From NCBI GenBank assembly GCA_965261735.1, contig OZ253470.1, positions 1,856,001-1,920,000 of the forward strand: DNA of 64,000 bases, given 5' to 3'. This document shows, piece after piece, positions 61,801-64,000 of the stretch (its first letter is position 1; each line of letters starts with the position of its first letter). The notes under the pieces are model-generated. The model was not told where the DNA came from. It worked only from the letters and a program-made list of their open reading frames with translations, and ran no database searches. The stretch is from Alphaproteobacteria bacterium (GTDB lineage: Bacteria; Pseudomonadota; Alphaproteobacteria; SHVV01). Position numbers and translations under genes: made by a program.

Positions 61801-63488
61801 TCGCCGGCCGCATCCGCGCCGGGTTCAAGACCGGCGCTTACGGCTTCTCCCTTATCTGCTTTATTGGCGGTCTCCGGGACGCTATCGCAGTCATCGCTGT
61901 TGTCATCGTCATCGTCCGCGACGCGTGCGACGGTCTCCCAGCCCTCGCCAATGCGGTAGAGCGCGGAAAGATGGCGGCCGTGGGCCTGACCGGCGAGGAT
62001 GACGCTTTCGAGCTGGGCGTCGGACAGCAGTTTGTCCGTCACGACACGCACGGGCAGCATCGGGCGGTACGACGGCACGGGATGGGGCACCGCCGCCATG
62101 GCGGCGGATTGCACCAGCGGCGTCGGATGTTCGCAGGCGCCGGGAATGCGCGCGGTCCGGGGACACCAGGGCTCGTAGACGCCGGCATGGGTGGCCTCCG
62201 GTTCGCTTACCTTGCCTTCAGGGTTGGCGGGTGAAGTTTCGTAGTCGAGTTCGGCCACCGGTCCCCAGTCGCGGACTTGCGGGTCTGCGGGTCTGGTGTT
62301 GGGCGCGGTGGCCGCTGCCCGCTTACGCGGGGCCGGCCGTGCGGCGGCATGGCCGAACAGATCGCCGGCCGGAACAAGGGCCGCGGCTATTGGCACGACC
62401 GCCTGCCGCTGCGGCACATTGGCGGCGATAGCTGCAAGCAGCCCGGCAGCGGTGGGGACGGATTCCCGCGCGTCGATCGGAACGCCGGATGCGTTCGCAC
62501 GATCGATTACGGTCAGCCGGGTATCGAAAGTCGTGCCGCGCCGTGCGTAGGCGCGCCCGTCGATGGCGATGGAAAAGACGGTGCGCGGCGGTGGATCGAG
62601 GCGCTCGAAGGCGCGGCTCCAGGCGGCATCGCCCGGGATGCAGCCGGCCGACGTGATCGCCACCAGCCGCCCGCCCGCCGGGAGCATGGAAAAGGCGGAA
62701 CGGATGTGGCGCAAATCCGCCTCATGGCGGATGCGCTGGACCCCGGGGCTTGCCGAGAACGGCGGGTTCATCAACACGATGGTGGGATGCAGGCCGGGCA
62801 GATAGTCGGCGATGGACTCGGCGTTGTGGCGGGTGACCGGCGCGTGTGCGAACAGGCCTGAGAGCAACCCGGCGCGAACGGCGGCAATCTCGTTCAGGTG
62901 CAGAGGATCCCCCGATCGCGCGTCATCGGTGCGCTTGCCGAGGGCGCATTCGGCCATAACGGCGAGCATGCCGGTGCCGGCCGAGGGCTCCAGCACGATG
63001 TCGCCGGGCCGGATGGCGGCGGCTTGCAGCGCGGCGTAGGCGAGCGGCAAGGGAGTGGAGAACTGCTGCAGGGCAAGCTGTTCCTCCGACCGCCTTGTCT
63101 GGGACGGCTCCAGCGCAGCCAGGGTTTCCAGCATGGCGAGCATGGCGGCGGCGGATCTCGGTCTGGCGCCGGCCTCGCGGCGCATGAGGCGGCCGTAACG
63201 CTGGATGAACAGCACCATTGCGGCCTCGGCCGCTTCGTAGGCGTCCTTCCAGACCCAGGCGCCTTGCGTGTCGCTGGCGCCGAAGGCCGCGCTCATGGCC
63301 TCGCGCAGGGTCTTTGCATCGAGCGCCCGGCCCGCCTCCAGGTCGGGAAGCAGAGCGGTTGCGGCGGCCAGCAACGCGGCAGGCTTCGGGCGGACGCCTG
63401 GGGTATCGGCAATAGCTGGGGATGCGGGAAGGGGCTGGACGGCGGGCGGACGCGCGGGCGCGTTCGCCGCCGGTTGGGCGTCGAGCAT
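58878..63488 (-). CDS. Strawberry-notch-like methyltransferase/helicase fusion
   Basis: QQFSTP, LEPSAGTG, MNPPF; GDGTGCGKGRQ, FDEAH, SATGAT, AGGTGRSYHAD, QGLGRTHRT. Confidence 0.9.
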   Translation of the reverse strand: MLDAQPAANAPARPPAVQPLPASPAIADTPGVRPKPAALLAAATALLPDLEAGRALDAKTLREAMSAAFGASDTQGAWVWKDAYEAAEAAMVLFIQRYGRLMRREAGARPRSAAAMLAMLETLAALEPSQTRRSEEQLALQQFSTPLPLAYAALQAAAIRPGDIVLEPSAGTGMLAVMAECALGKRTDDARSGDPLHLNEIAAVRAGLLSGLFAHAPVTRHNAESIADYLPGLHPTIVLMNPPFSASPGVQRIRHEADLRHIRSAFSMLPAGGRLVAITSAGCIPGDAAWSRAFERLDPPPRTVFSIAIDGRAYARRGTTFDTRLTVIDRANASGVPIDARESVPTAAGLLAAIAANVPQRQAVVPIAAALVPAGDLFGHAAARPAPRKRAAATAPNTRPADPQVRDWGPVAELDYETSPANPEGKVSEPEATHAGVYEPWCPRTARIPGACEHPTPLVQSAAMAAVPHPVPSYRPMLPVRVVTDKLLSDAQLESVILAGQAHGRHLSALYRIGEGWETVARVADDDDDNSDDCDSVPETANKADKGEAVSAGLEPGADAAGDGEALSAPVRFRRGWMLGDGTGCGKGRQVAAIILDHWLRGRRRALWLSASDKLLEDARRDWAAIGGKEADIIPLGKFRQGAEIPQEAGILFATYATLRSPARQGKSSRLEQIVGWLVDGMDEDSRHAFGGVIVFDEAHAMANAAGAKGSRGDTAPSQQGRAGLRLQNALPDARILYVSATGATTVPGLAYARRLGLWGGADSGGETPFEQRTDFVTAMEAGGVAAMEVVARDLKALGLYQARALSYDGVEVELLEHPLTPEQRRIYDAYAGAFKVIHRNIEDALKATGIMEGDATLNKNAKSAALSAFEGAKQRFFGHLLTAMKCPSLIRSVKADLEAGHACVIQLVSTGEALLDRRIADIPVSEWDDISVDLTPREACLEYLAHAFPVQLQEPFTDDEGNLMSRPVTDAEGNPVLCQEAVAARDALIEKLAALPPVQAALDQILHRFGGEAVAEVTGRSRRVLRIADSSGERLALRNRPASANLAETAAFMAGDKRILVFSMAGGTGRSYHADLGCGNTARRIHYLLEPGWRADQAIQGLGRTHRTHQASAPLFRPVTTDVKGERRFIATIARRLDSLGAITRGQRDSQTAMGGGDATLFRASDNLESPYAKVALRQFYIALWRGNIAGWSMDRFEDATGLKLIWEGSLKEDLPPMPRFLNRLLALPIAEQNELFAELETRIEANIEQAIEAGTHEQGVETIRADSLTVASREAVHVHQASGAATELVEIVRRDRLVPLQADDALALRDGRPVINTRSKRAAVVLPAPSRMFEDGGVEARVRLVRPAAREPMATADLAASNWEDSVEDHWRALWDAEIEGLPSHTESRLWLVTGLLLPIWDRLPGENMRVRRLATDAGESLLGRVLTPEQAHAFRDAFGLAGGPVMSPAEMHEAILTRGASFDLANGWRLARRRLMGAGRVEIEGPDDGDLAALKRMGCATEIVSWRTRVFVPQYIDLGRILDRWPLAAANPA

Positions 63489-63682
63489 GAATGATCTCCC
63501 GAATGGATAAGGGCGGGCCGGAGCCGGAGCCCCGGGGCCTTACGGCTCCGGCGAAGGGCTGGGTGGTGCCGGAAGCCGGTGTCCTCGCTCTCCCGGCCCC
63601 GGTTCACCCGGCCCGGGCGCAACCCGCCTCCTTGCGGGCGGGAGCACGGATATAGAGGATTATGCGGGCGCGGCCCGCGGTA

Positions 63683-64000
63683 TCAGGCTGGTCCGATGTC
63701 GATGCGCTCGCCCCAGGGCTCTCGGTTCCTTGTGCCCGGCGGCGGCCCCCAGACGCACCAGGCCACAGGATATAGGGGCGCGATTTCGGGGTAGCTGTCG
63801 CATTCCATGTCGGTCAGGTAGAGGCAGCAGCCTGGATGTACCCCATGCTCATGGAGCCAGGCGAAGCCAGGCCGGAAATCGGTCCCGCCGCGTCCCTTGA
63901 TCGTGATGCTGTCCGGTAGTTCCCCGGCGGGATATTCGGCCGCGTCCTGCAGCACCGCGTCGACCTGAAGGACGAAGATGCTTTCGGGCTGCAGTTCGGC
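63683..64000 (-). CDS. C-terminal part of a DUF2201/vWA-like domain protein (continues beyond the window)
   Basis: GRGGTDFRPGF, YLTD, PWG motifs. Confidence 0.8.
   Translation of the reverse strand, partial: AELQPESIFVLQVDAVLQDAAEYPAGELPDSITIKGRGGTDFRPGFAWLHEHGVHPGCCLYLTDMECDSYPEIAPLYPVAWCVWGPPPGTRNREPWGERIDIGPA

Noticed and set aside
1-64000. CRISPR array or cas operon
   Set aside because: No regularly spaced repeat-spacer array was seen; the Cas4-like motif is a domain of the 1473-aa nuclease-helicase.

Overview
High-GC alphaproteobacterial chromosome segment in three parts. (1) 1-24 kb is mostly core genes: aroB, a CorC/HlyC transporter, an AEC transporter, bolA-DnaJ-cobS-cobT, rlmH-rsfS-nadD-proA-proB-obgE-rpmA-rplU, and a Liv-type ABC/PhyH/SDR/GST cluster ending at tRNA-Ser(CGA). 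A small accessory patch at 7.4-11.9 kb holds two IS-disrupted genes, each bracketed by a recurring bipartite GTCTGC-N13-GC(A/G)GAC palindromic site. (2) From tRNA-Ser onward is a genomic island. It opens with a serine-recombinase/DUF2924/DUF3489 module closed by a degenerate tRNA-Ser 3' copy, then an orphan tRNA-fMet 3' half. A lower-GC defence-like cargo follows: a helicase-less Type ISP/IIG RM enzyme coupled to a putative HEPN protein, a RexAB/Kiwa-like soluble + membrane pair, and a translationally coupled Dna2-like Fe-S nuclease-SF1 helicase + Zn-ribbon adenine methyltransferase operon. IS481-like, IS5 and IS91-like elements and several gene remnants are interspersed. (3) 49-64 kb is a MOBF relaxase with a probable oriT and a leading-region-like backbone (DUF2493, toprim, ssb, small ORFs, strawberry-notch methylase/helicase). 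The best candidates for undescribed systems are the nuclease-helicase/methyltransferase operon, the RexAB-like pair, the RM-HEPN pair and the cassette-like palindromic sites. All family calls come from motif recognition by eye; no database searches were run.
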